Virus record (IMG/VR): IMGVR_UViG_2928595623_000002 | Location: 1-64,000 of that record | Length of the DNA: 64,000 nt | Source of the DNA: a virus | Taxonomy: Duplodnaviria; Caudoviricetes | Strand: one strand, 5' to 3' | Shown here: in pieces, positions 17,702 to 27,060 of the stretch | Layout: each line of letters begins with the position of its first letter | Position numbering within the stretch: the first letter of the stretch is position 1 | Translations under genes and position numbers: made by a program | Notes under the pieces: generated by a model | Databases searched by the model: none | Told to the model about the DNA's origin: nothing | What the model saw: only the letters and a program-made list of their open reading frames with translations

Positions 17702-18258
17702 CACCGATCGCGACAGCGCTTAAACACATGCTCGCTTCCGGCCTTGCGCATGAGAGTGTCGTAAAAGCCGTCGAAGATATGGAGCGCGAGATGTACGGCT
17801 CAAAGCGCGCGAAGACAGAGACGAAACATGAAGCAAGCGCTGCTGTTGATAGCGCTCTTGATGTTTACAAGCTTTATGCCGAAAAAGCCGGATTCTCCAT
17901 ACCTCGCAAGCTTACAGCCGAACGCGTCAAAAAGATCAATGCGCGCTTGGCAGAAAGCGGCGAAGATGCATGGGCAGAAGCTTGCAAGAAGATGGCAGCA
18001 AGCTCGTTTTGCCGCGGTGTGAACAATAGCGGGTGGAAAGCGGATCTCGACTTTCTCTTGCAGCCGTCCAGTTTCAATCGCATCCTTGAAGGACGATACG
18101 ACGACCGAAAGGCCGTAGCGAGAGAGACTGAATTTGCCCGCCATCAACGCGAATGCACCCAAGCCTTAGAGCGCAAAGTCTATGGAGGCCGCAATGAACA
18201 CTTTGCCAGCGACAACCCAGCTTTCGACCTTAGCCCTGGAGATTGGCGAGCTCACTGA
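17698..18258 (+). CDS. Putative replication initiation protein
   Basis: C-terminal F.RG.N.SGWKADLDFLL...ILEGRY motif. Confidence 0.6.
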   Translation: MTPIATALKHMLASGLAHESVVKAVEDMEREMYGSKRAKTETKHEASAAVDSALDVYKLYAEKAGFSIPRKLTAERVKKINARLAESGEDAWAEACKKMAASSFCRGVNNSGWKADLDFLLQPSSFNRILEGRYDDRKAVARETEFARHQRECTQALERKVYGGRNEHFASDNPAFDLSPGDWRAH

Positions 18259-18829
18259 AAAGCTGCAGCCACCTACGAGCGAAATGATTGCCGCCAACCT
18301 GCTTTCTATGCGCCGTGTTGGCATGGCATACTCGCAAGGCATAGACCCGGAGATGATCGAAACTGTCTATTCATACGCTCTTAGAGACGTCTCGGCGATC
18401 GGGCTGCAGGAAGCCACAAAGAAGATCCTCAAGGGCGAATATGACATCGAATACGGTTTCATACCTAAGCCGCCTGAATTGGCAGCCATGGCCCGTTCAG
18501 AGGCTAAGAAACACAGAGTCAAGCGAGCTGATCTGATAGAGAAGCAGCGCACGCTCCAAGATCTCAGCGCATACCGCAGCAGAAAGCCGGATCATGGAAC
18601 GAAAGAGCGCATACGAGAGGTGCTTGGCCGGTTCCGTGCAGAGACAGCAGCGTCACGCGTTGAGAACGCGCTACCGCAAGAGACGATGAGCGAAGAGCGC
18701 GCGGCATACTTTTCGCAGATCATGCAGCTTAACGACGCAAAAGACGGTCCAGACGCAACACAAATGGCCTTTCGTCGCAGGATCAAGTCAGAGATTGAAC
18801 AGGCAAGTTTAGGTGAGGTGCAGGAATGA
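18194..18829 (+). CDS. Replication-associated protein (helicase-loader-like position)
   Basis: FIPKPPELA motif; follows initiator. Confidence 0.5.
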   Translation: MNTLPATTQLSTLALEIGELTEKLQPPTSEMIAANLLSMRRVGMAYSQGIDPEMIETVYSYALRDVSAIGLQEATKKILKGEYDIEYGFIPKPPELAAMARSEAKKHRVKRADLIEKQRTLQDLSAYRSRKPDHGTKERIREVLGRFRAETAASRVENALPQETMSEERAAYFSQIMQLNDAKDGPDATQMAFRRRIKSEIEQASLGEVQE

Positions 18830-19080
18830 AGCTATTTCTTATCCTTTATGCAGGCTCAAAAATTGTCGGCACATGGGGCCCGCTGCCATATGGCATGGAA
18901 GAATGCCGCAACCGAGCTGACGATCGCCGGCAAGACATCAATGAATTGATTCAGACAGGGGTCAATTCAAAGGGAGAGAAGATACCAAAAGAAGCGATCG
19001 CCATGATGAAAACATTTCGTCTAGGCTGTGAGTACCATGCTCACAGACCAAGTTTGGATCATAGTGAGGTTCAGGAATGA
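18826..19080 (+). CDS. Hypothetical protein
   Basis: ATGA coupling; flanked by direct repeats. Confidence 0.6.
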   Translation: MKLFLILYAGSKIVGTWGPLPYGMEECRNRADDRRQDINELIQTGVNSKGEKIPKEAIAMMKTFRLGCEYHAHRPSLDHSEVQE

Positions 19081-19583
19081 CAGCGCATATCATCCCGGTT
19101 CGTTCAGAGTTCTCCGGCATTGCTGATATACGAAGCCATGCAAGAGCTGTGCGTGAAAGGCTGTTTACTGCTCCGAGAAAAGCGACGAAAGTTTCTCTTG
19201 TTGATGACAAAGAGACAAAGATACCGCCGCCTATGTGGCAGACGCAGCCGATGCTATTCAATGAACATGAAGTAGCATACCGGGTCCAGTTGGCGCTGGC
19301 TGAACTGAAGAAAAACACAGAGGTTCCAGACACGCATAAAAGCATCATGCAGATAGTTGCAGAGGTGCTTAAATCGTACCCTGGGATCACAGTTTCTGAG
19401 GTTAGAGGACCGTGTAGAGATGCGACTTTGGTGCGTGCGCGACATGAGGCGATTTACGAGGTTAGACGGCAAACTAGCTTTTCGCTCCCACAGATTGGGC
19501 GCTGGTTTGGCGGGCGTGATCATAGCTCTATTCTCAGCGCTGTCCGCAAGATTAGAAAACAGAGGCAGGAAGCATGCGAGTAG
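19077..19583 (+). CDS. DnaA C-terminal (domain IV) HTH protein
   Basis: SLPQIGRWFGGRDHSSILSAVRKI. Confidence 0.85.
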   Translation: MTAHIIPVRSEFSGIADIRSHARAVRERLFTAPRKATKVSLVDDKETKIPPPMWQTQPMLFNEHEVAYRVQLALAELKKNTEVPDTHKSIMQIVAEVLKSYPGITVSEVRGPCRDATLVRARHEAIYEVRRQTSFSLPQIGRWFGGRDHSSILSAVRKIRKQRQEACE

Positions 19584-19861
19584 AACGCAAAGCAGAATAC
19601 GCGAATTCAACATTGCCGCCGCTTGAGGAGCTTGTAGAGCTATTCGCGGAAGGCATGACGACGAAGCAGATAGCCGAGAAATATGGTGTTAGAAATGATA
19701 CTGTAAGAAGCAAATTTCAGAGGTATGGCGTGTCACTTCGTGATATCATTGTTCGCACAACAAGGATGCCAGAGCCGAAAGACGGCGTGATGAATTTCGT
19801 GACATCCACCGGCTATGTCTGTTCTCTGCCGAAGGTGTCTATTCTGGAGAATGGCGCATGA
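19574..19861 (+). CDS. HTH protein
   Basis: GMTTKQIAEKYGV...TV. Confidence 0.7.
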   Translation: MRVERKAEYANSTLPPLEELVELFAEGMTTKQIAEKYGVRNDTVRSKFQRYGVSLRDIIVRTTRMPEPKDGVMNFVTSTGYVCSLPKVSILENGA

Positions 19862-20148
19862 CTGATATCATCGAGAGAAAGTTCGTGTGGAAGAGAAACA
19901 CGGCACAATATTCGACAGGAGAAATTCTGTACATTGGAAAGATCGCCGTCGGCGGGTGGTTTAACCCAACAGTTTCGAAAGGCGACCCGACTTTGTACAG
20001 AGCTAGAATTGATCTTCCTAGCCTTACGATGAGTAGGGCAACGATCGATTTTGATAACCATGAAAAAGCTCGTGCGCGCGTCGAGGCTGCGGTAAAAACT
20101 TGGTTCAAGTGGCTAGAGCAAGAGAGCGTTGAGGCCGCCGCGTCATGA
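19858..20148 (+). CDS. Hypothetical protein
   Basis: Coupled ORF. Confidence 0.6.
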   Translation: MTDIIERKFVWKRNTAQYSTGEILYIGKIAVGGWFNPTVSKGDPTLYRARIDLPSLTMSRATIDFDNHEKARARVEAAVKTWFKWLEQESVEAAAS

Positions 20149-20360
20149 CAGAATACAGCTACGGCCCATGGATCAAGCACGACGGCAAAGGAATGCCGGT
20201 TGATGGCGATACGCTAGTAGAAGTGAAATATGAGAACGGAAATGTAGACAAACCATGCGAGGCTGAAATTCACGATTTGCTTGATAGCTGGGGGCCGGAA
20301 CCAATGGTCGTCGTTCTCTCTATCTCAGAATACCGCATCGTAAACGAGGCTAAGCTATGA
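20145..20360 (+). CDS. Hypothetical phage protein
   Basis: WIKHDGKGMPV motif. Confidence 0.65.
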   Translation: MTEYSYGPWIKHDGKGMPVDGDTLVEVKYENGNVDKPCEAEIHDLLDSWGPEPMVVVLSISEYRIVNEAKL

Positions 20361-20602
20361 TTGAACGTTGCTTTACACCATCAGGTCAACTTAAGTTTGA
20401 TCCGTACCGAACGGATAGAGGCGATGAAAATTATAAGTTGCTTTTTGATGATCATGGAGAGCTAAAAGACCGTACGGAACTGGCAAGATTGATCATAAAG
20501 AATAGCTGGTCATGGGAAAGCGATGCTGTAGCGCTTTTTCATTCATCAGTCTTTGCTTCAAACACCAAGGGAAATTATCCAACGGTGTATTATTGGAGGT
20601 AA
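20357..20602 (+). CDS. Hypothetical protein
   Basis: Coupled ORF, AT-rich. Confidence 0.55.
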   Translation: MIERCFTPSGQLKFDPYRTDRGDENYKLLFDDHGELKDRTELARLIIKNSWSWESDAVALFHSSVFASNTKGNYPTVYYWR

Positions 20603-20606
20603 GTCC

Positions 20607-21041
20607 ATGACAGACAACGTCATCGATCTAAGGCCAGAAGCAAAAGAGCGCCTGATCTATCTTTGCGTTGAATGCGGTTGCTCAACGTTCTACATGTACT
20701 CAGACGGCACGACAGAATGCGCAGCGTGCAATGGGCTAGATGCCGGCGGTGAATGGGTGACGAAGCTCGAAAGCCAGCCAAAAAGCCCTGAGAAGACAGA
20801 CGCAGGTAGTTTTAGTGTTACATGCGTTGGTTCTCCTGAGCTTGCAAGGGAGCGAGTCGTAAAGAACATCAATACGCGCAAAGGCGAGCTTGCTTTGCTC
20901 GGAGGATGGTTCGAGGACGGATCTGTATCTCTATGGGACGGCGCGGAGGACGACGATCAAAACGATTGGCTGATAAACAAGCTTAGAGAAGCTGCCGACC
21001 ATCTGGATATGCGGAAAGTCAACCCAGACGACGACAAGTGA
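20607..21041 (+). CDS. Zn-ribbon hypothetical protein
   Basis: CVECGC...ECAAC; GGAGG RBS. Confidence 0.65.
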   Translation: MTDNVIDLRPEAKERLIYLCVECGCSTFYMYSDGTTECAACNGLDAGGEWVTKLESQPKSPEKTDAGSFSVTCVGSPELARERVVKNINTRKGELALLGGWFEDGSVSLWDGAEDDDQNDWLINKLREAADHLDMRKVNPDDDK

Positions 21042-21055
21042 AAGGACGATTGAGC

Positions 21056-21262
21056 ATGAACGGATATAAGCCTTCTATGTATCTTGCGAAAATTGGCATA
21101 ACAGTCGCTGCATGTTCTGCTATTTTTGGCGTTATCGTGTTATCTGCGTCTATCTTGAAATATAACTCAGGAGACGCATTGGTGCAGGCATTAGTTGTTG
21201 GCGGAGCTGCTGCCGTGTTCCTAGTCAATGTCATCGCGTGCGCTTTTATCTGGCGCGCATAA
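21056..21262 (+). CDS. Small membrane protein
   Basis: Two TM segments; flanked by 17-bp direct repeat. Confidence 0.55.
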   Translation: MNGYKPSMYLAKIGITVAACSAIFGVIVLSASILKYNSGDALVQALVVGGAAAVFLVNVIACAFIWRA

Positions 21263-21278
21263 TGAAGGACGATTGAGC

Positions 21279-21893
21279 ATGGCAAACAACTGGTATGCAA
21301 TCCGCACACGTCCAGGCTCACAACGGCCTGTCAAGGCTGGTTATTCCGGTGACAGGTTTGTCGAGGACGAGACGATCATTGAACGCAACCTCCGCCATGC
21401 AGGTTTCGACGGGTTTATGCCGGCAACATACCGCGAGATCCGCCACCACCGTACAGACGAGTATATCACCAAGCGCTATCCGCTCATGGTTGGCTATATG
21501 TTCGTCCGCAATCCTGCCAGCTTCTACAAGCTAAAGGACGTCGTTGGCGTCTCTGACATCCTTGGCGTAGCTGGCTCGCCGATGGCGATCTCTGAGGCGA
21601 CTATTTCCGCTATTCGTGACGCAGAGGAACGCGAGATTGAAATTCTAGAACGTCGCCGTGCTGCAAGGCTGCAGAAAGAGCGCAAGCTATGCCGCAAGCT
21701 AACTCGCAAAGAGGCGCGTGAACTGTTCCCGGCGAACAAGCGCATCATTGTCTCAAGCGAAGGTTATCTTTCAGGCATGGCCGGGGTTATCGTGGATGCT
21801 ACAGGCCGCAATACGATCAAAGCTGTGATTAACACGTTGAATGGACTTGTTCCGGTTGAGCTTGGTATTGAAGATTTCCGTGAAGCAGTGTAA
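21279..21893 (+). CDS. NusG/RfaH-family late antiterminator
   Basis: NWYAIRT...PLMVGYMFV NGN domain plus KOW-like C-terminus; lambda Q position. Confidence 0.88.
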   Translation: MANNWYAIRTRPGSQRPVKAGYSGDRFVEDETIIERNLRHAGFDGFMPATYREIRHHRTDEYITKRYPLMVGYMFVRNPASFYKLKDVVGVSDILGVAGSPMAISEATISAIRDAEEREIEILERRRAARLQKERKLCRKLTRKEARELFPANKRIIVSSEGYLSGMAGVIVDATGRNTIKAVINTLNGLVPVELGIEDFREAV

Positions 21894-21995
21894 AGAGGTT
21901 TGCATTAGGCATGATTTTGGGTGTTCAGAGCGGTATCGCCGGCCCTCCGCCATATCTAAATGGCGCTGGGTTTATATTGCCTGAATTCCCGCATG

Positions 21996-22734
21996 TTTGC
22001 CGAATGCAGCATTGACTACATGAGATTGATGTCAGCGCAAGCCTTGTCGGCAAAGCAGTTTGGAATGGCGTGATTGACTGCCCATCGTTTGGCAGGATTA
22101 CGAAATGGTGATGGGTGCCTCCTTTGGCATAATCTTGCAAGTCCAGAGCCGATCCATTCCAAAGCATATCGCCATAGATGGCGCTGGCGGCCCGTATTGT
22201 GGTGAAAGCCGCGACGGATAACAAAAGACAACCTGTATAGGTTATCGCCGCTAATAGTTTGGAATGGTGTCTCAAAGGGCACGATGAGTTGGTAATAGCG
22301 CTGATTCCGCGCCGTATGGTTCGAATCCAACGCCGTTCCAAAGCATATCATACGATGGTGTTTAGTGGGTGGTGAAGCGCCTTATAGCGAGGGATGTAGT
22401 ACGGTCCCAGAAGCCCAGTACGATGGCAATGTCACTAGAACATCGTACTTGAGCACGGCAAGAAAAATCGCCATTGGCAGGCTAACCGTGCAGCCAAAAC
22501 ATATAAGACGATGGTGTTTTGAAGCCGCTCCGGAATGCAGGCTTCATGCTGCACCCCAACACCTCCTGCTAGCCAGGTTAAGCGGTCCGGCGGTCGTCTG
22601 TGTAATTCGCCAGAATGGGCAACGATATCAGCAAGCGGCGTGGATTAGTACACGCGGTTGGACCGAAACGACCTGAGAGTTCGGAGCCAGTTGGCCAGAC
22701 TACCTTTAGCCGGTGACAACCCGGCCTTGCTGAT
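21996..22734 (+). ncRNA. Array of stem-closed structured RNA modules
   Basis: About 8 consecutive modules with complementary ends; shared terminal repeats. Confidence 0.55.
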
Positions 22735-22740
22735 CATTCC

Positions 22741-22817
22741 GCCTGCATAGCTCAGCTGGATAGAGTCCATTCCTTCTAAGAATGTTGTCGCAGGTTCGAG
22801 CCCTGCTGCGGGCTCCA
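22741..22817 (+). tRNA. tRNA-Arg(UCU)
   Basis: GCCTGCA/TGCGGGC acceptor, CATTC-CTTCTAA-GAATG anticodon arm, GGTTCGAG T-loop, encoded CCA. Confidence 0.9.
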
Positions 22818-23547
22818 AGCCAAACGGAGAATACGACGTGACGTCGAACAGGTTCAAGCCGACTGGCAAGAAAGTCTTCGACCGCATCATGGCTGGCCTG
22901 CAAGAGGTCAAAGCCGCATCTCCTATGTGGGCCGATCTTGCGTATGAGAATATTTTCAACGTCTCCGAGCGTCATTGCAAGATTGGCCGCGTTACCATGA
23001 AGAGACGAAACCCGCTTCCTGAGATCAAGGAAGGTAAAAGAAACGTCGTCATTCAAAAGCGCAGAGTGTGGACGCGAAAAGATTCTGTCGATGCTGTCGA
23101 GAACATGGTGAACGGCGGAGTGCCTGGGCTTAGATAGCCAAAGCAGACGGCCTGCTAATAGCCGTAGTTGCATAAAAGTGTCTGGAAAGCCTCGTGAAGG
23201 ACAAGCCCGCAAGGGAGCGACTAGGGTAACAATTCATAGGGCGGGCCCCTCCTGTGCTCCTCCAAGCAGAGCGCCAAGCATCGATCGGTGAAAGCCGCAA
23301 TACCGCCGCCTAGCCTGTCCCTTTACAGGCCATGAACCGGGAAATCATGCATGCTGGATAATGTAAGGGCCATTGATATGGAAGTAGCATCAATACCGAT
23401 GCCGAATGTCGAACTAACCATTGAGGTCGTTACACCGAGAGCGTTTGGCCTGCGGCTCTCTCTCATGCGGGCGGCGCTATGGGTTGCTGGTTTCGTGGCG
23501 CCATCGAATATTGCGGTCAACACCGACATCAAGGTTATCTGAGATAG

Positions 23548-24048
23548 ATGCCTGTTCTCACCAATTCGCGGCATGAAGCGTTTGCGCAAGCCATAGCGAA
23601 AGGGGCAAGCGCAGTTGACGCTTATGTGCAGGCTGGATATGCACCAAGCCGTTCTGCTGCATCAAGGCTGTCAACAAATGTGAACATAGAGCGCCGTGTG
23701 GCGGAATTGATCAATAGAGGGGCCGACAGGGCAGAGGTTACAGTAGCCAGGGTTCTGCAAGAACTCTCTCGCATCGGCTTCTCCGATCTTCGACGCGCAT
23801 TCGACAAAAGCGGACGCCTATTGCGACCCGAGGAATGGGACGACGACACAGCTGCCGCTATCGCTTCTGTCGAAGTAGTGACGCGCAACATTGGCGATGG
23901 AGAAGTCGAACACGTCCACAAGATCAAGGTATGGGACAAGAACAGCGCTCTTGAGAAGATCGCCAAGCATCTTGGCATGTTTATCGAGCGCGTTGAACAC
24001 TCGGGCGGGATGTCTCTCAATGTGACGTCAGAGGACGCAGAACTGTGA
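23548..24048 (+). CDS. terS: Terminase small subunit
   Basis: N-terminal HTH (AYVQAGY); DK.SALE.IAKHLGMF. Confidence 0.92.
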   Translation: MPVLTNSRHEAFAQAIAKGASAVDAYVQAGYAPSRSAASRLSTNVNIERRVAELINRGADRAEVTVARVLQELSRIGFSDLRRAFDKSGRLLRPEEWDDDTAAAIASVEVVTRNIGDGEVEHVHKIKVWDKNSALEKIAKHLGMFIERVEHSGGMSLNVTSEDAEL

Positions 24049-24051
24049 CGA

Positions 24052-25404
24052 ATGACACCTGTAAAGCTTACGGAGAAGCAGAGAGAGGCTAACAGGCTTC
24101 TTGCTGGCCCCGCGCGGAACATCATGCTACGCGGCGGCTCCCGGTCTGGGAAAACGTTCGTTCTCGTTAGGGCTCTTGTCCAGCGAGCGATCAACGCGCC
24201 TAGATCGCGTCATGTTATATTTCGTTTCCGGTTCAACCATGCAAAAACATCGGTATGGTCGGACACGCTGCCAAAGGTCTTGCTGCTGTGCTTCCCTTCT
24301 CTGAAGGTGCGGTTCGACAAGACGGACTTTTACGTAGAGCTTCCAAACGGATCTCAGATCTGGATTGCAGGGCTTGATGACAAGGAGCGGGTCGAGAAGA
24401 TCCTTGGGCAGGAATACGCCACGCTCTATTTCAACGAAAGCAGCCAGATCCCATGGGCATCCGTCGAAATGGCGATGTCGCGCCTTGCTCAAAAGGTTGA
24501 ACTGGCGACTGAGATAGCGAAGGCAACGGGTCGTACACACCTGGCTCTCAAAGCCTACTTCGATTGCAACCCGCCATCTAAGCTCCATTGGAGCTATCAG
24601 ATGTTTCGGGCCAAGGTAAAGCCGGGGACAAAAGAGGCGCTGGCCAAGCCGGAAGACTATGTAGAGATGCAGGTCAACCCGGTTGATAATTCGGCCAACC
24701 TGCCTTCCGAATACTTTGACGTGCTTGCCTCGATGTCAGCTGCAAAGCGCTTGAGGTTCGAGGCAGGAGAATGGGCAAGCGAAGTCAGTGGTGCGCTATG
24801 GGCTCTTGAGGATCGTTTGGCGCCTGACGGCAAGGTTATGCCTGGGATAGATAGCCTTCGCGTTTCCAGCGCTCCTGACCTGCGCCGGATCGTTGTTGCC
24901 GTAGACCCGTCAGGAACGCGTGGTGATGGCGGTGGCGATGACATCGGTATTGTGGTAGCTGGGCTTGGTATTGATGGCCATGGCTATGTTCTGCACGATG
25001 GAACGTGCCAGTTATCCCCGGAAGGATGGGGCCGGCGGGCTGTTGACCTTTACCACAGGTTCGGAGCGGACAGGGTCATAGGTGAGCGAAACTATGGCGG
25101 CGATATGGTGAGGTTTACGATCGCCACAGCTGACAGGAAAGTTCCTTTCAAAGAGGTTGTCGCAAGCCGAGGCAAGGTCGTCAGAGCGGAACCTGTAAGC
25201 GCGCTCTATGAACAAGGGAAAGTTCACCATGTCGGGTCTTTCCCTGATCTTGAAGATCAGATGAGCAATTTCACTCCTTCTGGCTATGTCGGTGAAGGAT
25301 CTCCGGACAGGGCTGACGCCCTTGTTTGGGCATTGACGGAACTCATGGTGAAGGAACAGCCGGCGGCGGCTGTCTTTGGTACGTATTCAGGAACGACGAG
25401 ATGA
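24052..25404 (+). CDS. terL: Terminase large subunit
   Basis: GGSRSGKT Walker A; AVDPS nuclease domain; SPDRADALVWAL. Confidence 0.95.
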   Translation: MTPVKLTEKQREANRLLAGPARNIMLRGGSRSGKTFVLVRALVQRAINAPRSRHVIFRFRFNHAKTSVWSDTLPKVLLLCFPSLKVRFDKTDFYVELPNGSQIWIAGLDDKERVEKILGQEYATLYFNESSQIPWASVEMAMSRLAQKVELATEIAKATGRTHLALKAYFDCNPPSKLHWSYQMFRAKVKPGTKEALAKPEDYVEMQVNPVDNSANLPSEYFDVLASMSAAKRLRFEAGEWASEVSGALWALEDRLAPDGKVMPGIDSLRVSSAPDLRRIVVAVDPSGTRGDGGGDDIGIVVAGLGIDGHGYVLHDGTCQLSPEGWGRRAVDLYHRFGADRVIGERNYGGDMVRFTIATADRKVPFKEVVASRGKVVRAEPVSALYEQGKVHHVGSFPDLEDQMSNFTPSGYVGEGSPDRADALVWALTELMVKEQPAAAVFGTYSGTTR

Positions 25405-26927
25405 CAGACGACAAAAAGACGCCTGAAAGCGAGTCTTCCGATTATAAGAAGATGCAGAGCTATTGGGAGATGGTGGAAACCATCCTTGGCGGCACCGCGG
25501 CTATGCGTGAAGCTGGCGAGAAGTATCTGCCGAAGTTTCCGCATGAGGCTCGATCAGACTACGACATCAGACGGCGCACTGCGAAGTTTACGAACATCTT
25601 CGCCGATATCGTGGACACGCTCGCTTCCAAGCCGTTCGAGAAGGAAGTATCTGTTCAGAATTCCGGGCCGGTTGAGCCGTTTCTGGAGGACATTGACGGG
25701 CAGGGCAACCATATCCACGTCTGGTCAGCCAATGCGTTTCATGCCGGCGTTGCTGACGCTTTCACATGGCTCTTTGTCGATTACACCCGCGACGTGCCGC
25801 CGGGCGCCACAGTCGCACAAGAGCGGGCAATTGGAGCGCGTCCGTACTGGATTCATCTACCAGCTAGCCGCGTGAAGGCCGTGTATTCCGAGACTATCGG
25901 CGGCAAGGAAACGATTGTTCACGCCCGCATTGAAGAGAATTCACGCGAGCGTGATGGATGGGGCGAACGCGAGATAGAACGTGTCCGCGTGATTGATCGC
26001 GAAGTAGCGCGCAAGGACGATGGCACAGCGATTTCAGCCGGGCCGCCTGTCTGGTCGCTTTACGAAGAGAGAAAGAACAAAGCGACAAACGAGGAAGAAT
26101 GGGTTCTGATCGGCCAAGGCCAGTACACGATCAAATACATTCCGCTGTTCGCGTTTGTCACTGGCAAGCGTGAGGGAAACTCCTGGGTTGTTCGTCCTCC
26201 TCTCCAGTCGGCGGCATATCTGCAGATTGAGCATTACCAGCAGGAAAGCGAACTCAAGCACGCTCGGCAGATGAGCGCATTCCCGATGCTTGCCGGCAAT
26301 GGCGTAACGCCTCCTGTCGGCGACGACGGCAAGCCTGTTGCGGCCCCGATTGGGCCTATGAGCGTTCTATACGCGCCTCCTGACGGTGACGGCAACAGCG
26401 GCGAATGGACGTTCATTGAGCCGTCGGCAACGTCGCTTGAGTTTCTGTCTCGCGAGGTTGACAAGACGGAAGCGCAGTTGCGTGAGCTTGGACGCCAGCC
26501 GCTCACGTCTCAGTCAGGCAATATCACGACGATTACAGCCGCATTTGCTGGCGACAAGGCGCACACTGTCGTTGAGGCTTGGGTGCTTAACTTCAAGGAC
26601 TTCCTCGAGAACGGTCTTAAGGCAACAGCCGATTGGATCAAGAGCAAGATTGAGCCTGTCGTTGACATCAACACAGACTTTGCGCTTGCTCTCAAGGAAG
26701 ACACAGGAATGACGAACGTTGACGCGGCTCGCGAGCGTGGCGACATCAGCCATGAAACGTGGTTCGATGAGGCTAAGCGTCGCGGCATCATCGGCCCGAA
26801 CATCACGTTCGAAGATGAGCGCGAACGTATCCTGGCAGAAATGCCCGGCGATCCTACGGACGGCGAAATGATTGACGCTGTCACGCCTGACACTGCTCAG
26901 CAGCAGCAGGACGCACAATTGCAATAA
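25401..26927 (+). CDS. Portal protein (DUF4055-like)
   Basis: Follows terL; GGT.AMREAGEKYLP motif; size. Confidence 0.88.
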   Translation: MTDDKKTPESESSDYKKMQSYWEMVETILGGTAAMREAGEKYLPKFPHEARSDYDIRRRTAKFTNIFADIVDTLASKPFEKEVSVQNSGPVEPFLEDIDGQGNHIHVWSANAFHAGVADAFTWLFVDYTRDVPPGATVAQERAIGARPYWIHLPASRVKAVYSETIGGKETIVHARIEENSRERDGWGEREIERVRVIDREVARKDDGTAISAGPPVWSLYEERKNKATNEEEWVLIGQGQYTIKYIPLFAFVTGKREGNSWVVRPPLQSAAYLQIEHYQQESELKHARQMSAFPMLAGNGVTPPVGDDGKPVAAPIGPMSVLYAPPDGDGNSGEWTFIEPSATSLEFLSREVDKTEAQLRELGRQPLTSQSGNITTITAAFAGDKAHTVVEAWVLNFKDFLENGLKATADWIKSKIEPVVDINTDFALALKEDTGMTNVDAARERGDISHETWFDEAKRRGIIGPNITFEDERERILAEMPGDPTDGEMIDAVTPDTAQQQQDAQLQ

Positions 26928-26992
26928 CTGCACGATCGCGCAACGCGGTCCTTGTTTTCGCGGCAACGCGGAGACGGCCAACCATGCCTGAT

Positions 26993-27046
26993 TCCGGATG
27001 GATAAGGCGAAACGCGGTGGAAACCGCAAACAGTGGGTGGAAGCCC
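26993..27046 (+). promoter_or_regulatory. GGA(A/U)-tetraloop hairpin cluster in scaffold leader
   Basis: tccGGATgga, gcggtGGAAaccgc, gggtGGAAgccc. Confidence 0.5.
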
Positions 27047-27060
27047 AAAGGAAGACACAG

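Noticed and set aside
22057-22349. Mini-CRISPR from the repeated 12-14 bp motifs
   Set aside because: Repeats are short paired stem ends around structured interiors, not repeat-spacer units
22389-22421. Twister-ribozyme-like GGTCCC..AAGCCC and GAGGG words
   Set aside because: Order and the UAA cleavage loop do not fit; a simple gggat/gtccc hairpin explains it. No hammerhead CUGAUGA core seen either
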